Shown here one piece after another: positions 8,895 to 17,825 of a DNA stretch of 64,000 nt; the first letter of the stretch is position 1; every line of letters starts with the position of its first letter. Made by a program: the position numbers and the translations under genes. The stretch is from a virus. Taxonomy: Duplodnaviria; Caudoviricetes. The notes under the pieces were generated by a model that was not told the DNA's origin, did not search any database, and saw only the letters and a list, made by a program, of their open reading frames with translations. The stretch is from positions 32,001 through 96,000 of IMG/VR virus record IMGVR_UViG_3300009431_000002. One strand, given 5' to 3'.

Positions 8895-9048
8895 TGCAAG
8901 TCCCTCCAGGTCGGTGCTATAAGTGGAGTGGTCGGCGTGTACGGTTCCCGGTGACGCGCGGCTGGACACCCCATCGTCGACCGGTGCGTCGTCAGCCACC
9001 CCGTGGGTTCGGGGAAAGGGCGGCGCACCTCATACCACCCTCTTTTAC

Positions 9049-9732
9049 CTATGCTGTCAGCATCGCGTAGATGCGCTTCTCCAGTTCAGCGCCACCGGAC
9101 ACGTCCCGAAGGATGCGGTGGAGCGGGTACACCAGCTGCCCCCTGCTGATCCGGGCCTTGTGGGCACCCTGCAGCAGCACGGCCGTCTGGTAGCGGATGT
9201 CGTCCTGGGCGAACCGGGCGACGAGGTCGGCCGAGTGCTCGGCCACACGAAAGTAGTGGGCCATGGCCCGTGCGACGTTCCTGGTGGTCGCCCTGAAGTA
9301 GATCTGGCCGGTCAGGAACGCCGCGTTGATGAAGTTGTGGCAGTGCGGGCACATCGCCGCGCCGTCGTGGACGTACTGCGGCGCGATGAACTTGCCGCAA
9401 CCGCCACCGCCACCGGGGCGGCCGACCTCGAAGTTGTCGCGCTCCGAGCCGCTGTCGGCCTCACGGCACAGGTACAGCATCTCGTCCCCGCCGCCGTGGA
9501 GCTTGCTGCCACTGAGCCAGAAGGTCAGCACACCCTTGTTGGGGCCCTGCAGGGTTCGGTTGGTCCCGAAGTTGACCTGCACCTTGTACTTGGCGATGAC
9601 GCGGCTGGCCAGCTCCTGCTTCTTCATGTCCTGCAGCAGCGCCAGCCCGCGGGCGAGGCCCTGCGGCGTCGTGCCGCGCATCATCTCCTCGGCGGAGACG
9701 AGGTTCTCGAATCGCTCGTTCGTCATGCTCAC
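9049..9732 (-). CDS. hypothetical protein with Cys (zinc) motifs
   Basis: LYLC...GCGKFI...CPHC. Confidence 0.75.
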   Translation of the reverse strand: MSMTNERFENLVSAEEMMRGTTPQGLARGLALLQDMKKQELASRVIAKYKVQVNFGTNRTLQGPNKGVLTFWLSGSKLHGGGDEMLYLCREADSGSERDNFEVGRPGGGGGCGKFIAPQYVHDGAAMCPHCHNFINAAFLTGQIYFRATTRNVARAMAHYFRVAEHSADLVARFAQDDIRYQTAVLLQGAHKARISRGQLVYPLHRILRDVSGGAELEKRIYAMLTA

Positions 9733-10322
9733 CTACCGAGGATGCCCTTGGCACCCTTCTCACTCGGGATCATACGCCCCTCGGCGCCCTCGACCATCCC
9801 GCGCGGGATGTTCCGCATATTCGTGCCACCGGGCAGGCTCAGGACGAACTCCTTCTTCCTCCCGGACCGACGCTCGGCACGGATGTGCTCCTGCGAGACG
9901 GCCTCGCGCTTCCGGGTCCGCAGCACGTTGCGCTGCGCGTCCCGCATCTCGGGGTCCTCTTCGATCTTGGACTTCCGCGCCCGCGGGTCCTGGCTGCGGA
10001 CGGCGTAGTCCTGCTGCGGGTTCGAGAACGCGCGGCTGATGACCGCGAACATGGCGCGCAGCGACCCCTCGGCGTCCTGGGTCCACAACGACACGTTCCA
10101 CAGATACCCGCGCTGCCCATGGAGCTCGATGAGCTGCTTGGCCACGAACAGCTTGGAGTGCTTCAGGCAGTCCATCAGCGTGAACGCGAGCGTCTCCCAC
10201 CCATTCTCCTGCGCCGGCGTGATGCGGCACAGCACGGTGTACACGCCGTCCCTCTCGCCCTTCCACCGGACCGTGGCGTAGGGGATGCGGCCGATGATGT
10301 TGGCCAGGCCGTCAGCACTCAT
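9729..10322 (-). CDS. hypothetical protein
   Basis: coupled ORF with coding-like composition. Confidence 0.7.
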   Translation of the reverse strand: MSADGLANIIGRIPYATVRWKGERDGVYTVLCRITPAQENGWETLAFTLMDCLKHSKLFVAKQLIELHGQRGYLWNVSLWTQDAEGSLRAMFAVISRAFSNPQQDYAVRSQDPRARKSKIEEDPEMRDAQRNVLRTRKREAVSQEHIRAERRSGRKKEFVLSLPGGTNMRNIPRGMVEGAEGRMIPSEKGAKGILGR

Positions 10323-10629
10323 CGTCGTCGGGCTCCTTGCGCTCGGGGAGAGCGTACACGTTGTCGCGCCGCCCCTCCATGTCTTCGATCTGGCACTCCA
10401 GCGCCTGGATCATGTAGTCGAACTGCACAATCGACAGCCCGATGGCTCCCATCGCTGCCTGCGTCCCGGAGAAGTGGCGGACGTCCGAGGTGAGCTCGCC
10501 GGCGACGTCGCGGGCCTTGACATCGCTCAGCCGGTTCGACAGCACGCCCCTGGCGCGCATGAAGGCGGCCTTGTCGATCCGGACCTGCTCGAGGAGCTCC
10601 TTGAGCTGGTCGAGTGAGTACTCAGCCAT
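10312..10629 (-). CDS. hypothetical protein
   Basis: GAGGA RBS, helical ORF. Confidence 0.7.
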   Translation of the reverse strand: MAEYSLDQLKELLEQVRIDKAAFMRARGVLSNRLSDVKARDVAGELTSDVRHFSGTQAAMGAIGLSIVQFDYMIQALECQIEDMEGRRDNVYALPERKEPDDDEC

Positions 10630-11068
10630 CGTCCTCTTCCTTGCTCTTCACCGCCCGCAGCGGCGGGAACGTCTTGGGCTTCGGCGTCTCGGGCCGCGGC
10701 GCCCTCAGCTGGTCCCGCATGAACGGCGGCAGGTTCACGTCGTCGTCAGCCCTCGTCGGAGGGAGCCCCATCGGCGACGACTTGATCTCCAGCGGCCTCT
10801 GCACCCCCGGCGGATCCGGACCCATCGCCGCATCCGCCCTCGTCTGCGCGTTCCTGACCTGCTCCGCCTCCGTCTCGGTCATCGGCCGACCCAGGCTGGT
10901 GTCGATCTTCTCGACCACCATCTCCAGGACCAGCAGCTTCAGCTCCGCGAACAGCGTCTTGATGTTCGGCAGCTCCAGCCTCTGCCGGTTCTTCCCGATG
11001 TCCTCCCCTTCCAGCCGCAGCTTGTATCCCTCCGCCGTCTTGTAGATCGTGATCGAGTGGATCCGCAC
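10622..11068 (-). CDS. hypothetical protein
   Basis: GGAGG RBS before GTG at 11068 (RIHSITIYK...). Confidence 0.7.
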   Translation of the reverse strand: MRIHSITIYKTAEGYKLRLEGEDIGKNRQRLELPNIKTLFAELKLLVLEMVVEKIDTSLGRPMTETEAEQVRNAQTRADAAMGPDPPGVQRPLEIKSSPMGLPPTRADDDVNLPPFMRDQLRAPRPETPKPKTFPPLRAVKSKEEDDG

Positions 11069-11507
11069 CGTCGGCCTCCATTCCCAGGACGTACTTGGCG
11101 AGCTTCTCGAAGGCGCCGCCGTCCTTCGGTTCCTCGCCGATGAACGCGCCGAGGACGGGCGCGGGCGGCCCCGTGTCTCGCCGGGTCGGCGACGGCATGA
11201 CGACGTTCGGGTACGGGCAGCCGTCGTTCCGAAGACGCTTGGCCCCGCTGAACGGGATGCGCGTGGTCCAGATGCGACGTTCCTCGGTTGTGTCGCAAGG
11301 CCACGGGCCGCGCCCACGGCGCCACGGCGTCGTCCCTGGGCCCCACGGCGCGTCCTTCCGCATGATCGCGTCCTGGCGGGCCTTGGCGAGCTTCAGGGCG
11401 TTGTCGTAGTCGGTCAGCCCGACCTCTTCGGCTTGGCCCCGAACCGCGTGCTTGCCGCGGCGCAGGAGGCGCTTGACACGACGCTTGATTCGGTCCCGGA
11501 GTCTCAC
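10746..11507 (-). CDS. hypothetical basic protein with a long C-terminal overlap
   Basis: GTGA coupling at start; last ~320 nt overlap the next gene. Confidence 0.5.
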   Translation of the reverse strand: MRLRDRIKRRVKRLLRRGKHAVRGQAEEVGLTDYDNALKLAKARQDAIMRKDAPWGPGTTPWRRGRGPWPCDTTEERRIWTTRIPFSGAKRLRNDGCPYPNVVMPSPTRRDTGPPAPVLGAFIGEEPKDGGAFEKLAKYVLGMEADGADPLDHDLQDGGGIQAAAGRGGHREEPAEAGAAEHQDAVRGAEAAGPGDGGREDRHQPGSADDRDGGGAGQERADEGGCGDGSGSAGGAEAAGDQVVADGAPSDEG

Positions 11508-11947
11508 TCCATCACCTCCACAACGCAGCGGGTCCAGGGCGCGCCCTGGTAGGTCACCGCCGTCGCCTCCACGAGGTGGAGAGGCTCGTCGTTGGGCAGC
11601 GCCAAGCCCAGCGACGCGATGTTGGCCTGCGGCGAGTCCACGTAGAGCTCACCGCCCGCGCCGATGGAGGCCCGGACCAGCGCACCGCCCACCTTCAGGT
11701 TGATCCAGTCGTTGGGCAGGTCCAGGATGGTCTCGTCGGGCTCGTCGGTGGCGTCACCGAGCAGCTCGTCGAGCTCGTCGTTCAGCGCCTGGGCGCCCTC
11801 GATCCCGTCCGGCACGCTACCCTGGGCCGAACCATGCTGGTGGCTCATCGGTGGGAGCGCCCCCCTCTCCTCGAGAAACTGGAGCTGGTTCTTCGGGATC
11901 ACCCCATGAGTCGTCAACAGGTCCACGATCTTCTGCCGGTTCGACAT
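11504..11947 (-). CDS. hypothetical protein
   Basis: GGAGG RBS before MSNRQKIV. Confidence 0.7.
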   Translation of the reverse strand: MSNRQKIVDLLTTHGVIPKNQLQFLEERGALPPMSHQHGSAQGSVPDGIEGAQALNDELDELLGDATDEPDETILDLPNDWINLKVGGALVRASIGAGGELYVDSPQANIASLGLALPNDEPLHLVEATAVTYQGAPWTRCVVEVME

Positions 11948-12488
11948 AGCGTCCTCCAACCGTCATCTTGAGGGCCACCTGGGTCTCGGAGGGGCCCGCC
12001 CCGGCGCGCTTGGCACCGAAGACGATGACGACATCAGGCGGAAGCATCCGCGCCTCCACGACGCGGGCGTTGCAGATCATCCAGTCGTCCCCTGTGAGCC
12101 ACGCCTCCGCGCCCAACCAGCGCCGCAGCGCGTCCTTGTCGTGGCACAGAACGTGTGTGGGGACGAACTTGCCCGTGCCCACCAACATGAACAGCGAGAA
12201 CATCTGCGACCGCGGCTCCCTCGCCAGCTCGCCTGGGGCCGGAGCCCACTCGGCGAGGACCACGCGGTTGATCATGTCCTCCAACGTCAGCTCGGCCAAC
12301 AACGGGTCGTCCGGTGAGTCGACCTTGTCCGCCGGCGCAATCCGCTCGACGTAGATCGGCTCCCCGACGTTGAGAGCGATCATCTCGACATCGCCCGGCA
12401 TGGCGAGGATGCGGGCTACCGCGGCCGCAATCTCGTCGACCGTGGCCGGGCACGGATGGTGCTCAGTAACGCGTACCTTCCCTGGCAC
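11817..12488 (-). CDS. hypothetical protein
   Basis: GGAGG RBS; coding-like except the overlapping tail. Confidence 0.7.
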   Translation of the reverse strand: MPGKVRVTEHHPCPATVDEIAAAVARILAMPGDVEMIALNVGEPIYVERIAPADKVDSPDDPLLAELTLEDMINRVVLAEWAPAPGELAREPRSQMFSLFMLVGTGKFVPTHVLCHDKDALRRWLGAEAWLTGDDWMICNARVVEARMLPPDVVIVFGAKRAGAGPSETQVALKMTVGGRYVEPAEDRGPVDDSWGDPEEPAPVSRGEGGAPTDEPPAWFGPG

Positions 12489-12663
12489 TGTCTTCCTCCT
12501 CCTTCAGCGCGACCAGGTAGTCGCGGAGGATCTGGCTCAACGTGTTGGACTTGCGACGGGCGTAGGCGAGGGCCCACTGATGTAGGTCCTTCGGCAGCTT
12601 GATGTTGAGGCGGCTGGTCTCGCCGTCCCACTGGCCGCGCTTTCGGATGGGGATCTCAGGCAT
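12463..12663 (-). CDS. ribbon-helix-helix (CopG/Arc-like) DNA-binding protein
   Basis: SRLNIKLPKDLHQWALAYARRKSNTLSQILRDYL: alternating beta strand plus two helices. Confidence 0.75.
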   Translation of the reverse strand: MPEIPIRKRGQWDGETSRLNIKLPKDLHQWALAYARRKSNTLSQILRDYLVALKEEEDSAREGTRY

Positions 12664-12674
12664 GGCAGGCTCCG

Positions 12675-12703
12675 ATGGTACACACGCTGTACTTACCTGT
12701 CAA
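12675..12703 (-). promoter_or_regulatory. sigma70-like promoter TTGACA-17-TACCAT
   Basis: + strand TGTCAA at 12698-12703 and ATGGTA at 12675-12680. Confidence 0.75.
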
Positions 12704-13995
12704 GGCGGTCCTGCGAGCGAGTACCCCAACGCCTCCACGACGTCGGGATCGGCCGCGTCGCGCATCGCCTTGAGCAGCGGCTGGCTGTACCGACGCATGT
12801 ACTCCCCCTCGAGGTAGTACGCTCGCCGGGTGAAGGTCTTGTCTTCCAGCCCGTCGTCGCGGGAGAAGTGCTCCAACATCGGCGCAAGGCACCTGTCCGG
12901 CAGACGGACCACGCCGGGCACTGCTTCGCGCCCGAAGAGCGCCGCGACCCGCCGGAGCTCGACGCCCGGGTTGCGCAGGAGATCCTCGTAGCGCACGACC
13001 GCGGCGCGCTTGCCCTCGAAGAAGTCGAGCCAGGCACGGTGCAGCTTGTTCCAGCGCCCCATCCACTTCGTGACCGCTTCGGGCGTCACCGAGACCCGAC
13101 GCTTCGTGAGGCGTTCGGCCCATTCGGCGAAGCTGATGCACCAGGCGTAGGGGTTCTTCACGCTCAAGATGAAGCCGAGGTCGCCGCGGTCGTGGGCCGC
13201 CTTCACGTTGGTCTGCTCGTACTGCGAGGTGAACCCACGCGCGACGAGCGGCGACCAATCCCAATCGAGCTCCGCCGGCGCGTGGTGCTTCCCGCCGAGC
13301 GGGTTGGAGAGGACGCGGGCGTGGACGTACTCCTCGAGGAGCAGCTTGAGGAGGTTCGTGCCGGACCGCTCGATGCCGTACTGCTTGACGTAGAGCTTGC
13401 GTCCGCGGGGCTGGCTGCAGTTCGGGCCCGTGATGACCCGCCGGACGTCGGCGATCTCGGGACCAGTCGGCGGCTGCACCCGCCACCAATCTGTTCGCCA
13501 CCGACCGTTCGTGGTCTGCCCACCATCTGTTGCGAAGCGGCCGACGAGGTCCGCGCCGAAGTCGTAGTACCGCCGCTCAGCGTTGTCCAGCGCGATGACG
13601 CCGCCGCTGCGCACGGCGAGGAGTGCTGCCGCGAGGCAGCGGACGCGACGACGGCCATCCACGAGTGCGAAGTCAGCGCCCTGCAGGCCGACTGCGTCCA
13701 CGCCGGCCATCGGGTAGGCTGTCCGGTCGCCCCACACCGGCACGTGCTGCAGGCGGACCTGCTGGGGCAGCCTGGGGCGAAGGTCCTTGACGGCGGGAGC
13801 ATGGTGTTCGACCGACGACCACCCCTTCGTCCGGCGGGCGAACCACAGGGTCGACTCGCCGGAGCCCCACTCCAGGCCAACCCAGTTGCCCGTGTCCCAG
13901 GACTCGAAGAGGTCGATGAACTCGCGGGTCAGCCACGGCTCTCCGGGGCCACCGGTCAGCGCTTTGTACCTGTGCTTCGGGTTGATCCACGTCAT
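12700..13995 (-). CDS. class I SAM methyltransferase fused to a sulfotransferase
   Basis: LEWGSGESTLWF, SVEH, ALVDG.RR; YGIERSGTNLL (5'PSB), VKNPYAWCIS (3'PB), VVRYEDL. Confidence 0.8.
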   Translation of the reverse strand: MTWINPKHRYKALTGGPGEPWLTREFIDLFESWDTGNWVGLEWGSGESTLWFARRTKGWSSVEHHAPAVKDLRPRLPQQVRLQHVPVWGDRTAYPMAGVDAVGLQGADFALVDGRRRVRCLAAALLAVRSGGVIALDNAERRYYDFGADLVGRFATDGGQTTNGRWRTDWWRVQPPTGPEIADVRRVITGPNCSQPRGRKLYVKQYGIERSGTNLLKLLLEEYVHARVLSNPLGGKHHAPAELDWDWSPLVARGFTSQYEQTNVKAAHDRGDLGFILSVKNPYAWCISFAEWAERLTKRRVSVTPEAVTKWMGRWNKLHRAWLDFFEGKRAAVVRYEDLLRNPGVELRRVAALFGREAVPGVVRLPDRCLAPMLEHFSRDDGLEDKTFTRRAYYLEGEYMRRYSQPLLKAMRDAADPDVVEALGYSLAGPP

Positions 13996-14675
13996 CGGGG
14001 CACCCGGCAGTCGTACCCAAGGGCCCGCGCGAGCTGCGGCAGGGCCGCATCGCTCCGAAGGCGGCGACGCAGGGCCACGACATCCGCTGCAGAGCAAGTC
14101 TTCCACGGCTCGAGACGGCTCGGGTCGAGCGGCCGGTGGCCTCCCATCGCCTTGGTCGCCCACGGGTCGTCTGTCCTGAAGTGCCGGTGGCAGCCTGCGA
14201 AGGTGCGGCAGTCCTGGAGGTGGAAGGCGCGACGCAGCTGCCGCTGGATCGTCGCCGGGTCGGTGACCAGGGTCTCGAAGCGGACGACCTGAACATTCGC
14301 GTGCTGCCGAAACCGCAAGAGCATCCGCGCGGCGTAGGCCCACCGGCTCGGCGGGACGTAGAACTTGCCGCCGCTGGCGGGGTGGCGAGACAGCAGCACG
14401 GCCTTGGGGTCCCGGACCATGAACACGACGCCCACGCCAGCGGCCAGGGCCTCCCTGACGTCCTCCACCGACTCCGCGAGGTCCACCCAGTGCTTGGAGA
14501 CCATCCGCGGGTACTTCAGCGCCACGCACGACGACGGTGAGATGTGAACGTCCGGGACACACCGCCACTCGTGCTCCCCGGGTACGTGGGCGATGTCCCG
14601 GTACCCGGCGCCGATCAAGAAGTGCATCAGGGTGTTGCCCGAGCGAGCGCACCCGGTGGTGACGATCCGCCTCAC
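13992..14675 (-). CDS. sulfotransferase family protein
   Basis: TGCARSGNTLM, MVRDPKAVLLS, VRFETLVTDP. Confidence 0.8.
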   Translation of the reverse strand: MRRIVTTGCARSGNTLMHFLIGAGYRDIAHVPGEHEWRCVPDVHISPSSCVALKYPRMVSKHWVDLAESVEDVREALAAGVGVVFMVRDPKAVLLSRHPASGGKFYVPPSRWAYAARMLLRFRQHANVQVVRFETLVTDPATIQRQLRRAFHLQDCRTFAGCHRHFRTDDPWATKAMGGHRPLDPSRLEPWKTCSAADVVALRRRLRSDAALPQLARALGYDCRVPR

Positions 14676-15986
14676 CTACTTCTTCCCGAAGAACTCCTTC
14701 ACCACCTTCGGCCGCATGGCGACAGCGACCTTGCGGTTCGACAGGCACATCGAGCAGAAAGGTTGCTTCAGCCGGTCCTGCTGCAACAGGCGGTTGAGGA
14801 AGTGGGGCCGCAGGGTGTCGTGGAACTGCGGGAAGTTGTCGTAGTCGCGGCCGAGGTGCAGCGCCGTGTTCCGGCCGTTGGGGCAGATGTCGACCTTCCC
14901 CTCGCGCAGCGTGAACTTCGCGCAGTTGCAGTGCGCCGGCAACGACTTCGGCACCGGGACGACGGGGCCGTTCACCCGCTGCTCCCGTTCCGAGATGACG
15001 ATGTGCTTGGCCTCGCCGTACTTGCCGGCCTTCGGGAAGGCCTTGCGCACCGCGGCCACCTGGGCCTTGTTGCCGGAGTACTCCGAGATCCGAACGAGGT
15101 CGGCCATCTCCAGCACGGGCGCGTACTTCCTGGTGGTCTTCTCGGTGAAGGGCAGCACCGCGGTGAGGATGTCCACCTGGTCCGTCAGGCCGGACTCCTT
15201 GAGCCGCTTGACGCCGGCGGCGATGTACTTCCACATCAGAGGCTCGCCGCCGCAGAGCGTGATGACGCGGTAGTGGTAGCCCGACTGCTTGCTGTAGTCG
15301 ATGAAGCGGTCGACCTCGGCCAACGACATGTGGTGGTTGGGAGAGCCCTCCATCCACTCGCGGACGATGCAGGGCACGCACCCACCCGAGCAGGTCGTGG
15401 TGGCCATCAGCGTCATCTTCAGCACGGGTTTCCTGGCGAACCAGGTGCTCCCCGGGCCACGCTGGAGCTCCAGGCCCTGCAGGGCGCAGAACTCGTCCAC
15501 GGCGTGGATCACGCCTGGGAACCAGCCCGCGTAGTCGTGGCCCGCGAGCCACCCACCGGGCTTGACCTTGCCGTACCATGCCCGGAGGTCGGCCGAGACG
15601 TCCTTGTAGCCGTGGCCGGCGTCCACGAAGACCATGTCGAGGGTCCGGTCTCCGATCATCTCCGCCGCGTCCACCGACGGCATGTGCATCGGCCGCACGT
15701 CGCACTTGGCGTCGCCGCGCGTGATCTCCAGGAAGGTCGCCTTGGCGTCGCGGTGCTCCTGGACCGACTCGTCCCAGGAGTCCACGGCGTAGAGCACCGC
15801 GGGAGGAACGGCCTCGAGCATGTAGCTCGTGCTCAGCCCAGAATGGACCCCCACCTCGGCCATCGTCCGCACGCGCTTCTCCCGGACGAACTTGGCGTAC
15901 CACTCCCCCTCCTTGGGGAAGAACCACCCCATGACCTCGCGTCCGCGGAACTGCCTGCTGCCTCGACTCTTGAAGTTGATCGCCAC
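14676..15986 (-). CDS. Methyltransf_24-type O-methyltransferase fused to a radical SAM domain
   Basis: AEVGVHSG, AVDSW, VFVDAGH, KPGGWLAGHDY; CSGGCVPC (CX3CX2C), CGGEP, C-terminal Cys cluster. Confidence 0.85.
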   Translation of the reverse strand: MAINFKSRGSRQFRGREVMGWFFPKEGEWYAKFVREKRVRTMAEVGVHSGLSTSYMLEAVPPAVLYAVDSWDESVQEHRDAKATFLEITRGDAKCDVRPMHMPSVDAAEMIGDRTLDMVFVDAGHGYKDVSADLRAWYGKVKPGGWLAGHDYAGWFPGVIHAVDEFCALQGLELQRGPGSTWFARKPVLKMTLMATTTCSGGCVPCIVREWMEGSPNHHMSLAEVDRFIDYSKQSGYHYRVITLCGGEPLMWKYIAAGVKRLKESGLTDQVDILTAVLPFTEKTTRKYAPVLEMADLVRISEYSGNKAQVAAVRKAFPKAGKYGEAKHIVISEREQRVNGPVVPVPKSLPAHCNCAKFTLREGKVDICPNGRNTALHLGRDYDNFPQFHDTLRPHFLNRLLQQDRLKQPFCSMCLSNRKVAVAMRPKVVKEFFGKK

Positions 15987-15995
15987 GTCGTCCTC

Positions 15996-17825
15996 CTACC
16001 AGGCGTCCTTGCTGGAGACCCTGGGTCCAGTCACGCGATACTGGCACAGGAAGCCGTCGTGCGCACGAGCCTTCCGGTGCTTCTGCCTGTACCGCTTGTA
16101 GAAGTCGTAGTCGTGGCCCTTCTTCCAGACACCCTGTCCGGTGGACCACTCCTCGTCGTACATCGTCTCCAGCGCCCACGCAGTGCGGAACGCCACGCAG
16201 CCGCTGTGCGGGGCGAACCGGCGCCCCTCCTTGCCGTCCCATCGATGCTCCCCGACGCGCTCCCCGCCGTGGTCGATCAGCCGTGCGCTGCCCCAGAACA
16301 AGCCCAGCTGCGGGTCCTTCTCGAACGCCTCGACGGTGATCTTCAGCCGGTCGGGCAAGGAGATGTCGTCGTCGTCGTTGTTGGCGATGAGCGGGGCTCG
16401 CGCGTGCAACAGCACCTGGTTGCGCTTCCACGACAGGTTGCTGTTGGGGTAGTGGAACCACACGATCCGCGGGTCCCTGAAGGACTCCAGCACCTTCCGC
16501 ACCTTCGGGTCTGTGCTGTCGTCGATGATGATGAGCTCCCAGTCGCGCATCGACTGCGCCAGGATCCCCTCGATGGCCTGGAACAGGAACCGCGGCCGGT
16601 TGTGCGAGACCATCATCACCGTGACCTTCGGCGCGTTGGTCGCCGTCCGCAGGCCGTGCCGCCGTCGCCAGATATTGCCGAGGCGCATTAGGTCCTCCTT
16701 CTCCCAGTTCTGGTACATGTCCAAGCTCACCTCGGGGGCGTCGTCGGCGGCGAGCTCCTCGGCGAGCGCCCTTCGCCACTCGTCGAGGTCGTGCGGAGGC
16801 ACGAACACTCCGTGGTGCGGAAGGGCTTCGCGGATCCCAGGTAGGTCTGAGGCGATGACCCTCGCGCCCCCGATGGCCGCCTCCACAGCGGCCATGCCGT
16901 AGGTCTCGGTCTCCGAGGGCATGAGGTGAACCCGGCTGCGCGAGAAGAAGCGCCGCAGGTCCCGGGCCGGCCCCACCATCTGGACGTTCGGCAACACCTC
17001 CAGGCCCTCGACCTGGGTGCCGTAGCCGCCGCGGGCGATGAGGAAGTGCTGGTCGTTGAACTCCCGGGCCAGTTCCCGGACGATGTTGCCGCCCTTCGAC
17101 CCGGAGGGGTTGATCATGGTCACGCTGTCCCGCTTCGGCGCCAGTCCCCCGAGGATGCGCGACGTGTCGATGACTGGACGGACGATCACGCTGTCCTTCG
17201 GCTTCCCGCACTCCTCCCACAGCGAGTACGAGTTGAAGATCCATCCTGCGGGCTTGTACCCCTGTGAAAGCGGATGGTCGTAGCTCCACTTCACGTGGCA
17301 GTACAGGTAGACCGGCACGGTGCCGAGCTCGAGGAACGGATGCGCAGCCTCGAACTGCGCCACGACCACGTCCGGCCGCATCCGCGCGAGCAGGGGCTTG
17401 ACGTAGTGCCGTTCCCATCTTGGGAACCCGGAGTGCAGGAGCACCCCCTCCATCGACTCCACTCCGCCAGGGCCCTCGCCCTCGACTGCGACGACATCGA
17501 AGCCGTCCCGGACCAGGGCCTGGGCCAGCCCCATCATCGCGGTCTCGCCCCCGGCGTAGACGTAGGGGGGCAGCCTCGGGGACACGCACAGGACCAGTGG
17601 CTTGGTCTTGGGGGGCGCACCCGTCAGCAGGAGCATCGCGGCGCCCCGCCGTCCAGGCTTGACGTTCAGCGGGCGCCCTTCGATCTCGCCCATCCTCGTC
17701 ACGACGTTGCCTGCGAAGCGCGTGTAGCGCTCGGCGGGTACAGGGCTCGTCGGGGCCAGGACTGCGACGACGTCGCTGAACGTCTCGTAGATCCTATCCG
17801 AGATCAGGTGGATGTCGTCAGCCAC
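15996..17825 (-). CDS. GT4 plus GT2 fusion glycosyltransferase
   Basis: PSETETYGMAAVEA (EX7E), ASDLPGIRE; VSHNRP.FL.QAI, LIIIDDS, NNDDDD. Confidence 0.85.
   Translation of the reverse strand: MADDIHLISDRIYETFSDVVAVLAPTSPVPAERYTRFAGNVVTRMGEIEGRPLNVKPGRRGAAMLLLTGAPPKTKPLVLCVSPRLPPYVYAGGETAMMGLAQALVRDGFDVVAVEGEGPGGVESMEGVLLHSGFPRWERHYVKPLLARMRPDVVVAQFEAAHPFLELGTVPVYLYCHVKWSYDHPLSQGYKPAGWIFNSYSLWEECGKPKDSVIVRPVIDTSRILGGLAPKRDSVTMINPSGSKGGNIVRELAREFNDQHFLIARGGYGTQVEGLEVLPNVQMVGPARDLRRFFSRSRVHLMPSETETYGMAAVEAAIGGARVIASDLPGIREALPHHGVFVPPHDLDEWRRALAEELAADDAPEVSLDMYQNWEKEDLMRLGNIWRRRHGLRTATNAPKVTVMMVSHNRPRFLFQAIEGILAQSMRDWELIIIDDSTDPKVRKVLESFRDPRIVWFHYPNSNLSWKRNQVLLHARAPLIANNDDDDISLPDRLKITVEAFEKDPQLGLFWGSARLIDHGGERVGEHRWDGKEGRRFAPHSGCVAFRTAWALETMYDEEWSTGQGVWKKGHDYDFYKRYRQKHRKARAHDGFLCQYRVTGPRVSSKDAW

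Noticed and set aside
8916-8926. GCTATAAGTGG as another phage promoter copy
   Set aside because: It has a mismatch in the GG tract and points antisense into minus-strand genes with no downstream gene. It could be an antisense promoter, but that is unsupported.
11075-11090. CTGGGAATG as a second frameshift site explaining the long overlap
   Set aside because: It is not an XXXYYYZ heptamer, and the downstream gene has its own RBS and GTG.
13996-17589. 1629-aa ORF 12700..17589 as one giant protein
   Set aside because: The part above 13995 is an R/P/G-rich out-of-frame shadow of three real genes. Only the last 431 aa are coding-like.
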